Positions 49,366-62,745 of a stretch of 62,745 nucleotides of DNA are shown one piece after another. A program made the translations under genes and the position numbers. The DNA comes from Octopus sinensis (taxonomy: Eukaryota). The stretch is from assembly GCF_006345805.1 (NCBI RefSeq), contig NW_021832014.1:1-62745 (forward strand), written 5' to 3'. The notes beneath the pieces were generated by a model. It worked only from the letters and a program-made list of their open reading frames with translations, was not told the DNA's origin and searched no databases. Position 1 is the first letter of the stretch; each line of letters starts with the position of its first letter.

Positions 49366-49897
49366 AATGTATTCTGTCTCAGCTTTGGCCCTTTTCTTAA
49401 ATTTTTATTTTTTTTTTGTCATCTGAAGAGGATTTCACATCAACTCACATCTCCCGTACGATATTCATTGAAATAGCTATGAACCAGTTGAAAAGTTCAC
49501 AGATTGCTTTGAGCAGTTGTTGTTATTGAGATGGCTAGGTCATTGGGTCAGCACATATCACTTCATCATCATCATCATCATCATCATTATTGTTTAACGT
49601 GGACTTTTCTATGCTCGCATGGGTCAGAGGGAATTTGTTGAGGCCCTTCCTGTAGCCAACCCGTGCCTGTTTCCAAACAAGGGTAATTAATAAAGTTCTC
49701 TTATAAGCAGACATGTTTTCACAGAAGATTGGAAATAAATGACCCTGCTTGTACAACAGTGACACTCCTTTACAACAATCACACGATGTCAAAGAAAAGA
49801 GACAATAACACACACACGCACACACATACAAACACACACACACACACGCACACACACATACAAACACACATATGCACATGAACACACATACACACAT

Positions 49898-49950
<53 letters not shown>

Positions 49951-49975
49951 CAGACAGACAGATAGATAGGCAGGC

Positions 49976-50026
<51 letters not shown>

Positions 50027-50131
50027 TAGATAGATAGATAGATAGATAGAGACAGGCAGGCAGGCAGGCAGGCAGACAGACAGACAGACAGGCAGGCAGA
50101 CAGACAGATAGACAGACAGATAGATAGACAG

Positions 50132-50162
<31 letters not shown>

Positions 50163-50954
50163 TACATATATATATATAATATATATATGGCAAACTTCTC
50201 TCAGTTTCCATTTACCAAATCCACTCCTATGGCTTTGGTTGATCCAGGGCTATAGAAGATGACACTATACCATGGTGCCATGCAGTCAGATTGAACCCCA
50301 AACCTTGTGGTTGAGAAGCAATCTTGTTGCTAGTTTCTCATGACAAGAATTTTTCATTTTTTTTTTTTACCATTTATTTTAAAACCAGAATAATGTAAAT
50401 AAGGGGGAAAAAAATAATTTTAAAAAAAGTGCATTGTAGGAGACAGATGGGAAATTCTGGAACTGACTGATTCCTGGAAGAGGAAACAAAAAAAAAAAAT
50501 TAAAAAATAAAGAGAAAAAGAATCATTATTTGTGGAGAGGAAATTAGACAAATTGGAATTTAAAATTTTATAAATTCCCTTAGAATTAAATTAACTTAAT
50601 TATTAATTACTAATTACATTATAATCATCATCACTGTTATCATCGTCATCATCGTCGTTGTTGTCGTCATCATCATCATCATCATCATCGTCATCATCAT
50701 CATCATTATTATTATTATCATTATCATCATCATCGTCATCATCGTCATCGTCATCATCATCATCATCGTCATCGTCATCATCCTCATCATCGTCATCACT
50801 GTAATTGCAGCTGATTTTCCAGAAATCACAGACTTTGGATGATTGCCTCCCTAGATACATTTTGCCTGAAAAAAAAAATGATAAGCATGATTATGGGGCA
50901 GAACAAATTTGATCAGCAAGTCTGCGGAGTCAGAGCTGACCCCTGAGATTAAAG

Positions 50955-50989
<35 letters not shown>

Positions 50990-51067
50990 CTAGCATATCC
51001 TGTGAGTAGAACTTCATCTACAGATGCTGCACTGAAACCCATGGTATATATATATATATATATATAT

Positions 51068-51195
51068 ACCAACCACATGGTTCCGGGTTCAGTCCCACCG
51101 CATGGCACCTTGGGCAAGTGTCTTCTACTATAGCCTGAGGACAACCAAAGCCTTGTGAGTGGATTTGGTAGACAAAAACTGAAAGAAGCCTGTTG

Positions 51196-51240
<45 letters not shown>

Positions 51241-51435
51241 GGTTGTGTGTCTGTGTTCCCCCCCCCCCAGCATCGGTGTGTTTACGTCCCCTTAACTTAG
51301 CAGTTCGGCAAAAGAGACCAATAGAATAAGTACTAGGCTTACAAAGAATAAGTCCTGGGGTCGATTTGCTCGACTAAAGGCAGTGCTCCAGCATGGCCAC
51401 AGTCAAATGACAAACAAGTAAAAGAGTAAAAGAGT
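51068..51435 (+). mobile_element. SINE family A, 5'-truncated
   Basis: Starts at CCAACCACATGGTTCCGGG and ends in GTAAAAGAG. Confidence 0.85.
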
Positions 51436-53062
51436 ATATATATAAATATATATGCCATGTGCCCATAATTCCTCAAGAGAATCATAGGGATGCTTTCATC
51501 GTATAGAGTATCTCTTGGACATTTTTAGGTCTGGCAGAGCCCAGCCATCTCCAGGTCTGACCGCAGTCAATTTCTTTCCAGAACAAGAGAAAGGTATTCC
51601 AGCCATGATCATCCCATCTTTTTCTTATGACCACATTAGTCACCGTGTCCTTTTGAAAGTTAAGCGAAGTTGATCTGCTATTTCTAGCAGAGTGAGTGAC
51701 CACGTAGAAGCTTCCTTGTTGGTGTCTGCAATTGTAATGGAATGCTATAAAGGCATGAAACTTCTAGGCAGGGGAGATAAATCTGCTGTTGGAGAAACTA
51801 ATAATTGTAGTGTGGGATATAGATGAATAAAGCTTAAAGGGGAAGGGGAAAATTAATGTCTTGTTGAAGAACATAATACACTGAGAACTGAACTGGCAAC
51901 CAGAAACCAAAATACTTGATATATTTTCTCCTTTGTACCTTTTTTCTCTTTCTGATAATATATTCGGCACAAAACCCACGCTGTCTTAGAGCAGGGGCAG
52001 AAAGCAAGCGAAACAGGGGTCAGTTTCATTAGTTCCTATTATATTTATTACCATTTTATCAATTCTGAATAAATTTGGCCACAGTGGAATATAAACCCAA
52101 AGAAATATAAAATATGTTCGTCCATTTGAACAAGGAACATTTAGCCAACCTTAGGGATCGCCAATGACCGGTAAGCTGACATTGCTTAAAGTGAATAAGA
52201 ATTTCGGACCATCAACCATGATTTCTAATCCAAGAACAACTTCAGTTCCGGTCAAGTCGACCGGGGATGGAGACGATGAAATGACTGACCAAGATGTCTT
52301 ACTTGCCTGCATCCTGCTCTCTGCATTCTATAATGCATTGCCGCTGCGGCCTTTCCCTCCGTTGAACCATGTAGGTTTTTTTCTGCGGGTTCTGTTGGAT
52401 CTGGTCCTTACATGCATCGGTAGGCAAGCTCTATTGTGCTAATTAATCCATAATTGGGATCCTAAAAGGTACTGCTATTAGTCAGAGTAGACTTGAGAAC
52501 AGCAGTGGCCGAAAAGTGGTCCCACACTCCCCATGAGAAAACAAACAAAATTTAAAATACTTGTGTCCAGCTAAACAGCTATTAATCAACCAAGAACCAT
52601 ATTTAGCAAAATACATCAAATACTGGAGGAGAATGGATTATTACAACCTAAATGAGGAGACGAAGTGCAAGGTTGTGATGTCTCTGGTTTTGTCTTGCTG
52701 AGGACTGCGCAACCCCACTAGTGTTGGTGCCACAAGAAAGTACACTCAATACATTCTGCAAAAGTGGTTGACAATAAGAAGGACAAATGACATCCAGGAA
52801 ACTACATCAAATGACACATAAATGGAGAACCAGTTTATGGGAGAAATAGCAGTCAAAATGACTCATAGAGGGAGCACCGGTGCATGGGAAAAGCAGATGT
52901 CAGTAAGAATTGACTCAGAACCAGATCGTTTCTCCAACCTTTACCATCGTGGAAAATGAACGGAAAATGATGATGATGGTGATGATAATGATGATCTTAA
53001 TCATGATTATGATAGTGATGGTGGTGGTGGTGGTGGTGGTGGTGGTGGTGATAATGATGAAT

Positions 53063-53849
53063 TAAGGCGGCGAGCTGGTAGAAACGTTAGCACGCCGGGC
53101 GAAATGTTTAGCGATATTTCGTCAGCCGTTACGTTCTGGGTTCAAATTCCGCCAAGGTCGACTTTGCCTTTCATCCTTTCGGGGTCGATAAATTAAGAAC
53201 CAGTTACGCACTGGGGTCGATACAATCGACTTAATCCGTTTGTCTGTCCTTGTTTGTCCCCTCTGTGTTTAGCCCCTTGTAGGTAGTAAAGAAATAGGTA
53301 TTTCGTCAGCCGTTACGTTCTCAGTTCAAATTTTGCCGAGGTCGACTTTGCCTTTCATCCTTTCGGGGTCGATAACTTAAGAACCAGTTACACACTGGGG
53401 TCGATACAATCGACTTAATCCGTTTGTCTGTCCTTGTTTGTCCCCTCTGTGTTTAGCCCCTTGTAGGTAGTAAAGAAATAGGTATTTCGTCAGCTGTTAC
53501 GTTCTGAGTTCAAATTTTGCCGAGGTCGACTTTGCCTTTCATCCTTTAGGGGTCGATAAATTAAGTACCAGTAACACACTGGGGTTGATACAATCGTCTT
53601 AATCCGTTTGTCTGTCCTTGTTTGTCCCCTCTGTGTTTAGCCCCTTGTGGGTAGTAAAGAAATAGGTATTTCGTCAGCCGTTACGTTCTCAGTTCAAATT
53701 TTGCCGAGGTCGACTTTGCCTTTCATCCTTTCGGGGTCGATAAATTAAGAACCAGTTACACACTGGGGTCAGTACAATCGTCTTAATCCGTTTGTCTGTC
53801 CTTGTTTGTCCCCTCTGTGTTTAGCCCCTTGTGGGTAGTAAAGAAATAG
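53063..53849 (+). mobile_element. SINE family B tetramer (one full unit + three 184-bp units) with 12-bp TSD
   Basis: GTATTTCGTCAGC recurs at 53298, 53482 and 53666; ATAATGATGAAT at 53051-53062 and 53850-53861. Confidence 0.9.
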
Positions 53850-54319
53850 ATAATGATGAATAATTTAATGCAACAAAATCAGCCGTTTGCGATCCACAGC
53901 AAACTGGATAAAACGTTTTATGCAATGTGGCGTGTCACCAAGACATTTCTATGAAGAAGGGAAAACAAAAAAAAAAACATAGTTTAAAAATTAACCAATA
54001 AGCAGATTGATTTTGCATTTCAATTATTTCATTACAAATATTTCAGATATCAATAATCAATAATCAATAATCAAAAATTAAGAATCCATAATTCTGAGCC
54101 TAGAGAGTATAAGGTAATTTGTCACACATTTCACACCACATCTGATTCTAAATATATCTAGACATATTAGTATGTATGTGTATGTGTGTATATATATATA
54201 TAATTACCTTATACTTTTCCAGGCTCAGAATTATGGATTATTAACTTTTGATTATTGATTATTGATAGTCGAAATATTTGTATATATATATATATACACA
54301 CATGTATATATATATATAC

Positions 54320-54369
<50 letters not shown>

Positions 54370-54480
54370 GCATATATATATACACATACATATATACATA
54401 TATATATATACATATATATATACATATATATGCGTATATATATATATATACATATATATATATACACACACATATACATA

Positions 54481-54522
<42 letters not shown>

Positions 54523-54590
54523 ATATATTATATATATATACAGATATATATATACATATATATATATATATACATAATATATATATATAC

Positions 54591-54628
<38 letters not shown>

Positions 54629-54706
54629 TATATATATATATTATATATATATATATATACATATACATATGTATGTGTGTGTGTATATATACATACATAT
54701 TATGTA

Positions 54707-54747
<41 letters not shown>

Positions 54748-54895
54748 CATATATATATATATATATATATGAATATATGTGTGTGTGTGGTGTGTGTGTG
54801 TGTGTGTGTGTAGTAGGCTCTTTTATTGTGAAAGATAGATGAGGGTGGGTTCTGCAGTTCCTTGCTGACCAACTTGTTTATTTGATTTAATTAAA

Positions 54896-55117
54896 CAGTC
54901 GTTCTCAACCATTTTAATAACTGGGCCAGGTATAAAACCTGGACTTTTTTAGGGATGCGGTAAGGAGTGGGGGGACACCAAAATACAAAAGCAAAACACA
55001 AGTGAATTAAAAATAAAATTTATTATATTTTATTTACGTAGGGAAGATCATTAGGGTCCACCGGAAGGATGCTTGAGGGCCATATGTGGCCCTCAGAGCC
55101 ATGGTTGAGAACCGCTG
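54896..55117. mobile_element. hAT-like MITE
   Basis: TIRs CAGTCGTTCTCAACCA / TGGTTGAGAACCGCTG; no TSD seen. Confidence 0.6.
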
Positions 55118-55672
55118 GTTTATAGTGATCAAATGTTTGTGCAGTATATTAGCTCACCCCACCACTCCATCAAATCGACATTACCTGTACAGGTGTACAA
55201 GTGTGCCACACATTAGGTGAAGTGATTGCAGGGCAATATGAAATTGAAGTGTTTTGTTTAAAAAAAATAAACAAAAAAACAATGTACTGCCCTGTCCAGG
55301 AATAGAAACTACAATCTTGTGATCAGTAGTGTATCACCCAACCACTAGGTCATGCACCTTTATGCTTCCCAATAATGAAAATTTATGAAGACACCAATGG
55401 ATGCGTGTGTTGCACTTCACTGCAAACGAATTCACGTGCACTGGTGATACAATGTGGAGCATTAAAAACAGCGAAGTTTCCTTTTTTGGACGTTCCTCAA
55501 AAATAAACTTGTGTGACACCTGAAAACCACACAACACGGAGGAGGCAAAAACTATTTAGGACCAGGGTACCTGGAGAATATATAAAACTGATTCTTTGTC
55601 AGGTACAGTTCAATCGGAATTTTCCAATCGCTCCATCTCCTGGCCTCAATTACTACTACTATTACTACTACT

Positions 55673-55729
<57 letters not shown>

Positions 55730-57833
55730 CACTACTACTACTACTCCTGCTGCTGCTGCTACTACTGCTACAAAAGGTGCAGGAGCTGATAAGGAGTGTC
55801 AACACGATAATTTGAACTGTAGAAAATAGAAGCAAATTCTTCCTCAAATTCCGGTGCCATGGTCTTAAAAATGGTAAAAAAAAACAAAAGGTACATTAAA
55901 TAATACAACAACCATTGCTACCTGTTCAAAGACAGGATTGCCATGCCTGGAGTGCCTTTGGTTAGAAGTCTACTCAATCGAGATTGACCAAGGGTTAAAC
56001 AAGAATGGCAATAACGACATCAACAACAACAACTACAGTTTGAAGAGCATAAAAGCAAGTTTCTATGTGGTCATTAAATTTGCATGAAATAGTAGCCAGT
56101 TTCACATGAATTACACTTTACGGTGTTAAAAAAGGAAGGACACATTAGACAATGTAGTCTTAAATGTTGTAAAAGATGGGATAGTCATGGCTGGAATGCC
56201 ATTGATAGCAGATCTGATTTCGCACTAAACAGTAACTAGAGCTAGAAATAACAGCCTAATATCTCTCAAACTAAAAACTTCCAGTTTATAAAAAAAGAAC
56301 CTATTAGCCAATATTGATTTATAAATGCTGAAAACGATGGGGTGGTCATGACTGGAATGCTATTGAACATAGGTTAGAACAACTTGGCCTGATTTCATAT
56401 TAAACAGAAATAACAGTCTAATCCCTCTCAAATACCACTTTACATTTTATAAAAAAGAAGGTCATCCTGAGCAATTTACTCAGGAGCCAATAGTTTGTGG
56501 AAAAAAGACAGGATGGTCACATTTGGAGTGATGTTTGATAATAAGGTTACTAAGATCAGGGTTGACCTAGGGTTAAATAACATCAGCTACGACCCACACT
56601 CTAGATTGATTATACTACAACTAATAGTATATCTCCTTCACCACTATACTACAACCCACACATGTCTTGGAGACTCCCTAAAGAATTACTGGTACCATCT
56701 GTCTCCTCCACCAAACTATAAGACATTAAAACACATCCTAAGTAGAAAAAATAGTTGTTATAGAAATTACTAAATCTGGTCAAAAATGGCAAGGGAGATA
56801 ATCCTAAAAAAATCACCAAAAAATGTCCAAAAAAAGTAAAAATAATTTAAATAGGTAGGTGGAGGTGTGGTGGTGTGGCATGGTTAAGAAGATTGCTTTG
56901 AAACCACATGGTTGTGAGTTCTATCCCAATGTATGGTACCTTGGGTAAGTGTTTTTTGCTGTAGCCCTGAGTTGACTAATGCCTGGTGAGTGGATTAAGA
57001 TTTTGTAGATGGAAACTGTGTGGAAGCCTATCATGTGTATGTCTGCATGTATGTATGTGTGTGTGGGGGGTATGTGTCTTTGCCTGCATGTGTATGAATG
57101 TGTGTGTGTGAGTGTGTGTCTGTCGGCATATGTGTATATGTGTGTGTATGTGTTTCTTTGTCTGCGTGTGTGTGTGTATGTATGTATGTGTGTCTGCATG
57201 TATTCATGTGTGTGTGAGTGCATATGTCTGATAGCATGCATGTATATGTGTATGTGGTTGTGTGTTTCAGCCTAATTAGATCTCATCAGTCTTCATGTGG
57301 TTGGCCACTCTGCAAGAAATAGCAGCCAAATTTGCCTTGTGTTATACACTACTGTCTTAATAGTGGATGTTAGGTGCTTGTTACCTGAGCCGAAAAGCTG
57401 AGGTGGTCGTGGCTTAACGATGTATTGGAGGGATTAACAACAATAACAACAGCAACAGGAAATGCAACAACAAAAACAAAAAACAATGACAAAAACGACA
57501 GAAAAAACAACAAAAACAAAATAAACCACAGCAAAAAACAACAACAAAACAAGAACAACAAACAACAACAAAACCAACATAAACAACAACAGCAAAAAAA
57601 AAGCAAGAACAAAAATAACAAAATAAACAACAGCAAAAAAAGTGGCAAAAACAATAACAACAACAGCAAAAAAAAAGTACCCGCAATTGTAGCTATTTTA
57701 CTGAGAATGTCATGAATGCCACAGCTTCTCATTCCACCCCTATCCCTGTCTGCCTTATTAATGTACCCTATAAGAAAAAAAATCTGATTAAAAAAAACTG
57801 GGTACTTTGAGATTTAACCTGTGAGCAGTTTCA

Positions 57834-58845
57834 CCCTTTAGCATTTAAACTGACCATTTCAAACTTGCCAGATCTGGCCTTTCAGATCAACTCTGCAATG
57901 TCATTCTAAAAATTAATTTTGAAGCTATGAGATAATGCCTGATTTATTCAAAACAATGTGAATAAATTTGCATTATATTTGACAAATTCTGAATGCTAAA
58001 TGGTTAGATCAGCCATACCTGGCTCAAATATTCTACCAGTTTTAGATAAAAACTGGACAGGTTTGACCACTAAAGTCAACTTTGTGATGTTATTCTAAAA
58101 ATAATTTTGAAGCTATGAGATAATGCTTGATTTATTCAAAAGAACGTGAATAAATGTGCATTACATTTGACACAGTAATTTTGAATGCTAAACGGATTAG
58201 ATTAGCCATATTTGGCTCAAATATTCTACCAGTTTTAAAATTCAAACTGGACAGGTCTGACATCTCAGATCTAAAAATAATTTAAAATTAAGAGATAATG
58301 CTTGATTTATTCAAAACAATGGGAATAAATTAGTATTAGATTTGACAAAATAATTTTGAATGCTAAATGGTTAAGTCAGCCATACCTGGCTCAAATATTC
58401 TACCAGTTTCAAATTCAAACTGGACAGGTCTGACATCTCAGATCTTCTAAAAATAATTTAAAATTAAGAGATAATGCTTGATTTATTCAAAACAATGGGA
58501 ATAAATTAGTATTAGATTTGACAAAATAATTTTGAATGCTAAATGGTTAAGTCAGCCATACCTGGCTCAAATATTCTACCAGTTTTAAAATTCAAACTGG
58601 ACAGGTCTGATCTCTCAGATCAAAAAATAATTTTGAAGCTATGAGATAATGCTGGATTTATTCAAAACAATGTGAATAAATAAGTATTATATTTGACAAA
58701 TTCTGAATGCTAAATGGTTAAGCCAGCCATATCTGGCTCAAATATTCTACCAGTTTGAGATTCAAGCTGGACAGGTCTGGCCTTTCAGACTAGAATGAAT
58801 AAGGATTACATTTGACAGAATAATCTGAGTTTTAAGGGGTTTAAT
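57834..58845. repeat. Tandem array (~6 units of ~125-190 bp) derived from a piggyBac-like MITE
   Basis: Array starts CCCTTTAGCATT; units end AATGCTAAA(T)GGTTA(A/G), the complement of the start. Confidence 0.7.
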
Positions 58846-60158
58846 ATATCATAGTAACCTTGTCTTTGTGTGCATATAGCAAGGTCCACTTTATTGCAAG
58901 CATTAAGATAAGGTGTCAGGGGGGCTGGTAAAATTTTTACCTCCCCCTGAAAAGTATTAGGGGCTCTAGAAAGTGGGTCAAGGTCGCTGACCTTACACTT
59001 TTTAGACAAAAAAAAATTGAGAAGAATTTATGGAAGGTAATTAAATTCTTTAACGAAAGGTAAATATTATGGTGCAATTAGTAAAGTTGATGCTGAGATA
59101 CTTAATGTAACGAAGCAAAAAGTTTTAATTAATTAATAATATGCCCATAGTGTGGTGGAAACAAAAAAATTAAAAACAAATTCTTATTATCATAATTAAT
59201 AATTTTGGTAAAAGAAATGGACAAATGAAACAACTTCAGAATTTAAATTAATTAAAGATTAATTAAAATTAATTTTTTTTAAATTACTAAAATACTGTAT
59301 TTGATGGCATAAAATATACACAGACATATTAGTTGCACCCTAATTTCATCAGCACATGTTCAGAAAAACAAGTTTTTAGTACACTAAAACATGTAATGTT
59401 GGCCCAAATTTGCATATAGGGCCCAGGGTGGATTTTTGAGACATTTTTTTCTTTTTTGTAAAACAAAGTGCATCTTATATGCCATAAAATACAGTAGAAT
59501 GGGGAGAGAGAATCTGATCTTTGGCAGTATGGGTAGACAATTTTGGACATGTTTCGGTCTTAATAGACCTCTTCAGCAAAGCAGAGCTTATCTGTTACTG
59601 GGAAATTATTGAATGCTTAAACAAGCATCATGAATTCTTGATACATACGTTTGTCTAAGAACAAATACCATATTTGGTAAAATACACAACTTCTATCTCC
59701 CCCCTCTCCCTATAAATCTAAAGCTTTTCTTTTTTAATTAAAAAATTAGCTATTGTTTATTAATTAATTCATTAATCCTATAACACCTCAGTTTTCAATG
59801 CGCAAAAAAAAATGAAACATTATTGACAGGTGTGAAAAACAAGCATGACTGAAAAAAAAATGTAACAACCACCAGGTATTATAAATGTTTGCATGACAAA
59901 AATGTTGTTGAAATGTGAAAAAAATTTCAAAGCTTATCCAACTTTTCTTTTCCCATTTTTTTTCTACTTCCAAAATGCATAACACCTACAGAATAAAATT
60001 ATTAAAGGTAAGTTTAGAGTAAGGGTTTAGAGTAAGGGTTTAGAGTAAGGGTTGTTTGATCTAAAAAAAATTATCTCATACATATATATATCTGTATGTA
60101 TATAGCTGTACATATATATCTATAAATATATACATATATGTATGTGTATATATATATA

Positions 60159-60211
<53 letters not shown>

Positions 60212-60297
60212 CATATATACATACAAAATATATATATGTATGTTATATATATATATATATGCTTATACATACAGCACATATATATATACATAATATA

Positions 60298-60335
<38 letters not shown>

Positions 60336-60622
60336 GTATGTATATAGCTGTACATATATATCTATATATATATACATATATGTATGTGTATATATATATA
60401 ATATATTATATATATATATAGATATACTATACATATACATATATATATATATATATATCTATATATAGATGTATATATATATATATATGTGCATGTATGT
60501 ATAAGCATATATATATATATGTTTATACATACATGCACATATATATATAATATATATAATATAATATACATACATATATATATGTATGTATATATTATAT
60601 ATATGCTTATACATACATGCAC

Positions 60623-60653
<31 letters not shown>

Positions 60654-60680
60654 ACATACATACATACATATATTATATAT

Positions 60681-60728
<48 letters not shown>

Positions 60729-61732
60729 ATTATATATAATATATATAAATATATGTGTGGGTGTGTGTGTGATATGTCATGTACAACACATTGTGAATAA
60801 GAAGAATTAAAGTAAATTTAAATATTACAAATGGTCACTGTGAATGAAAGAAGAAAGTAAATAAAGAGTGCGTTTACTTTCTTATTTTGCTCACAGCAAA
60901 GCTTTGTAATATTTAACATTTACATCAATTCTTTGAAATAACGCTGTGCTGTGTATAAAATAGACATTGTTCAATTAACAACCATATGCAAATTAGGATA
61001 ATTACTACAGTTCTAATCATGTATAAGAATGAATGCTTTATATATTAGCCGAAAGTTCTATGCTGTTGATTGAAGAATTTAATTGGGTGTTTACCTGAAG
61101 AGTACTAAAAAAAAAAACTATGAGACAATCCATAACGAGGATCTCACTGCATTTTCTGCACATCAAATGCATAGAAAAATGTTGCACATTTTGATTTCCC
61201 ACACATTTAGTCTTTGTAATAGTAAAATAAGATTCAGGTAAAAACTTTGTAGTTTGCTATGCAAAGCTTATCCGCAGCTACTGGCTATCTGATGGCAACA
61301 TACAATGTAATTTCACTTGCTACAGGATATATGTAAGTTCACTTGCTACAGGATATATAAAATATAAACAGGAATTCCATAATATCCGTAGAATTAATAT
61401 ATATAATATATATATATATAAACCCCTTACTACAAAAAATATTGGTAATTACATTATTATTATTAATTAGAATTCAAGTCATGCAGATTATGAGATTAGA
61501 ATCCCTGAACTATGAATTACCAATAATCCATCCTGATAATGTTTTTTAAAAAATTTTTATTTTGCTATTTCTTGTTATTTGCCACCGATTCTTGATCACT
61601 AGGTATGTTTCCAAACCAAAGACTAAAATATTGATAGGATATAAAGTGACTGTACAATATAGGTATTCAAATATTTATATAATATAGATAATGATTATAT
61701 ATATATATGCATATGCATATATACATATATAT

Positions 61733-61781
<49 letters not shown>

Positions 61782-62042
61782 GCATATATATATATATAAG
61801 ATATTTTAACATTTAATATGTAATCATATATATTTACAAATATTATACTTATTAATTTAAATACATATATATGTATGTATGTATGTATGTATATATGTGT
61901 GTGTGTGTATATATGTATATGTATGTATATATATATATATACATATATACATATATATATATACACACAAATTGAGACACCTGCATGCATTCAAACATTC
62001 ACACATACACACACTCACAAACACACAAGTACATACACACAA

Positions 62043-62074
<32 letters not shown>

Positions 62075-62745
62075 GCATATATAACATGCTTTTGGATGCA
62101 TAGATAAAGACATAACCATTGTGTGTATGTATTGTATATATATATATATATATTATATATATATATATATATACAGATATATTTTGTGTGTGTGTGTGTA
62201 TGCATGTATGTATACATGTAAGTAGGTATGTATGTATGTATGTATGTAATGTATGTATGTATATATATTATATGATGCATAAGATATATCATAAATACAG
62301 ACCAAAATTCAAATACACCTTAATACACATACACACACATATATACATATATGCATACATATATACATACCATACATACATACATGCATGCATACATTGA
62401 AAACCTCTTAGCATTATCACAGGCATGCAAACACTTATTGTTATCAAAATTAGTGAGTCACAAAAACATTCAGGATATTCTCTGTTTAATCTTATCAGTT
62501 CCTTATTGTTATCAAAATGGCTCCATCCTAATGTGATCACCCCATAGTATTACAACTGCACATATATATATACATATATATACATATACTTTATGCTAAA
62601 TATATTAATTTGTATACTAATATATACATTAATTTATATAATCAACATGTTATTATATACAAGAATAAACACACATTTTCATATATTTAAATATATATGT
62701 TATACATACATTCATATATTTATGGTGTACCTCTCTTTTTATATA

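Noticed and set aside
55334-55537. Minus-strand exon candidate after TTTTCAG, including an in-frame TGA reading
   Set aside because: No recognisable protein and no SECIS-like element; it runs into a SINE head
60011-60053. Telomere-like AAGGGTTTAGAGT repeat
   Set aside because: Only ~3 copies of a 13-mer, not a TTAGGG array
59000-62745. Possible 3' UTR or exon of a neighbouring gene in unique AT-rich sequence
   Set aside because: No ORF, splice pair or homology I can support

Overview
AT-rich, microsatellite- and SINE-dense animal genomic DNA. The SINE and MITE families look like octopod cephalopod (Octopus) repeats, which is an inference from recall and not a database match. Positions 71-34892 (+) hold the last 18 coding exons of a divergent IP3-receptor/ryanodine-receptor superfamily Ca2+-release channel. 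All 17 introns are GT-AG, exon phases join without a break, and the exons total 2994 nt (997 aa + stop). They encode the RIH-associated domain, six TM helices, pore, C2H2 zinc finger and coiled coil. The gene's 5' part, including any IP3-binding core, lies upstream of the window. The main signal is the pore. The GGG(I/V)GD selectivity filter of IP3Rs and RyRs is replaced by YGLIGDLFE. The S6 Arg/Asp pair becomes Val/His, two of the three Ca2+-site positions differ, and a ~225-aa R-x-x-S-P-rich tail is appended. This suggests an uncharacterised third type of release channel. The introns and the downstream 28 kb, where I could support no gene, contain tRNA-derived SINEs, hAT and piggyBac-type MITEs, tandem Helitron-like elements, Dong/R4-like LINE ends in (AAT)n, a GIY-YIG remnant, minimal hammerhead-ribozyme motifs, long palindromes near exons, and several minisatellites.
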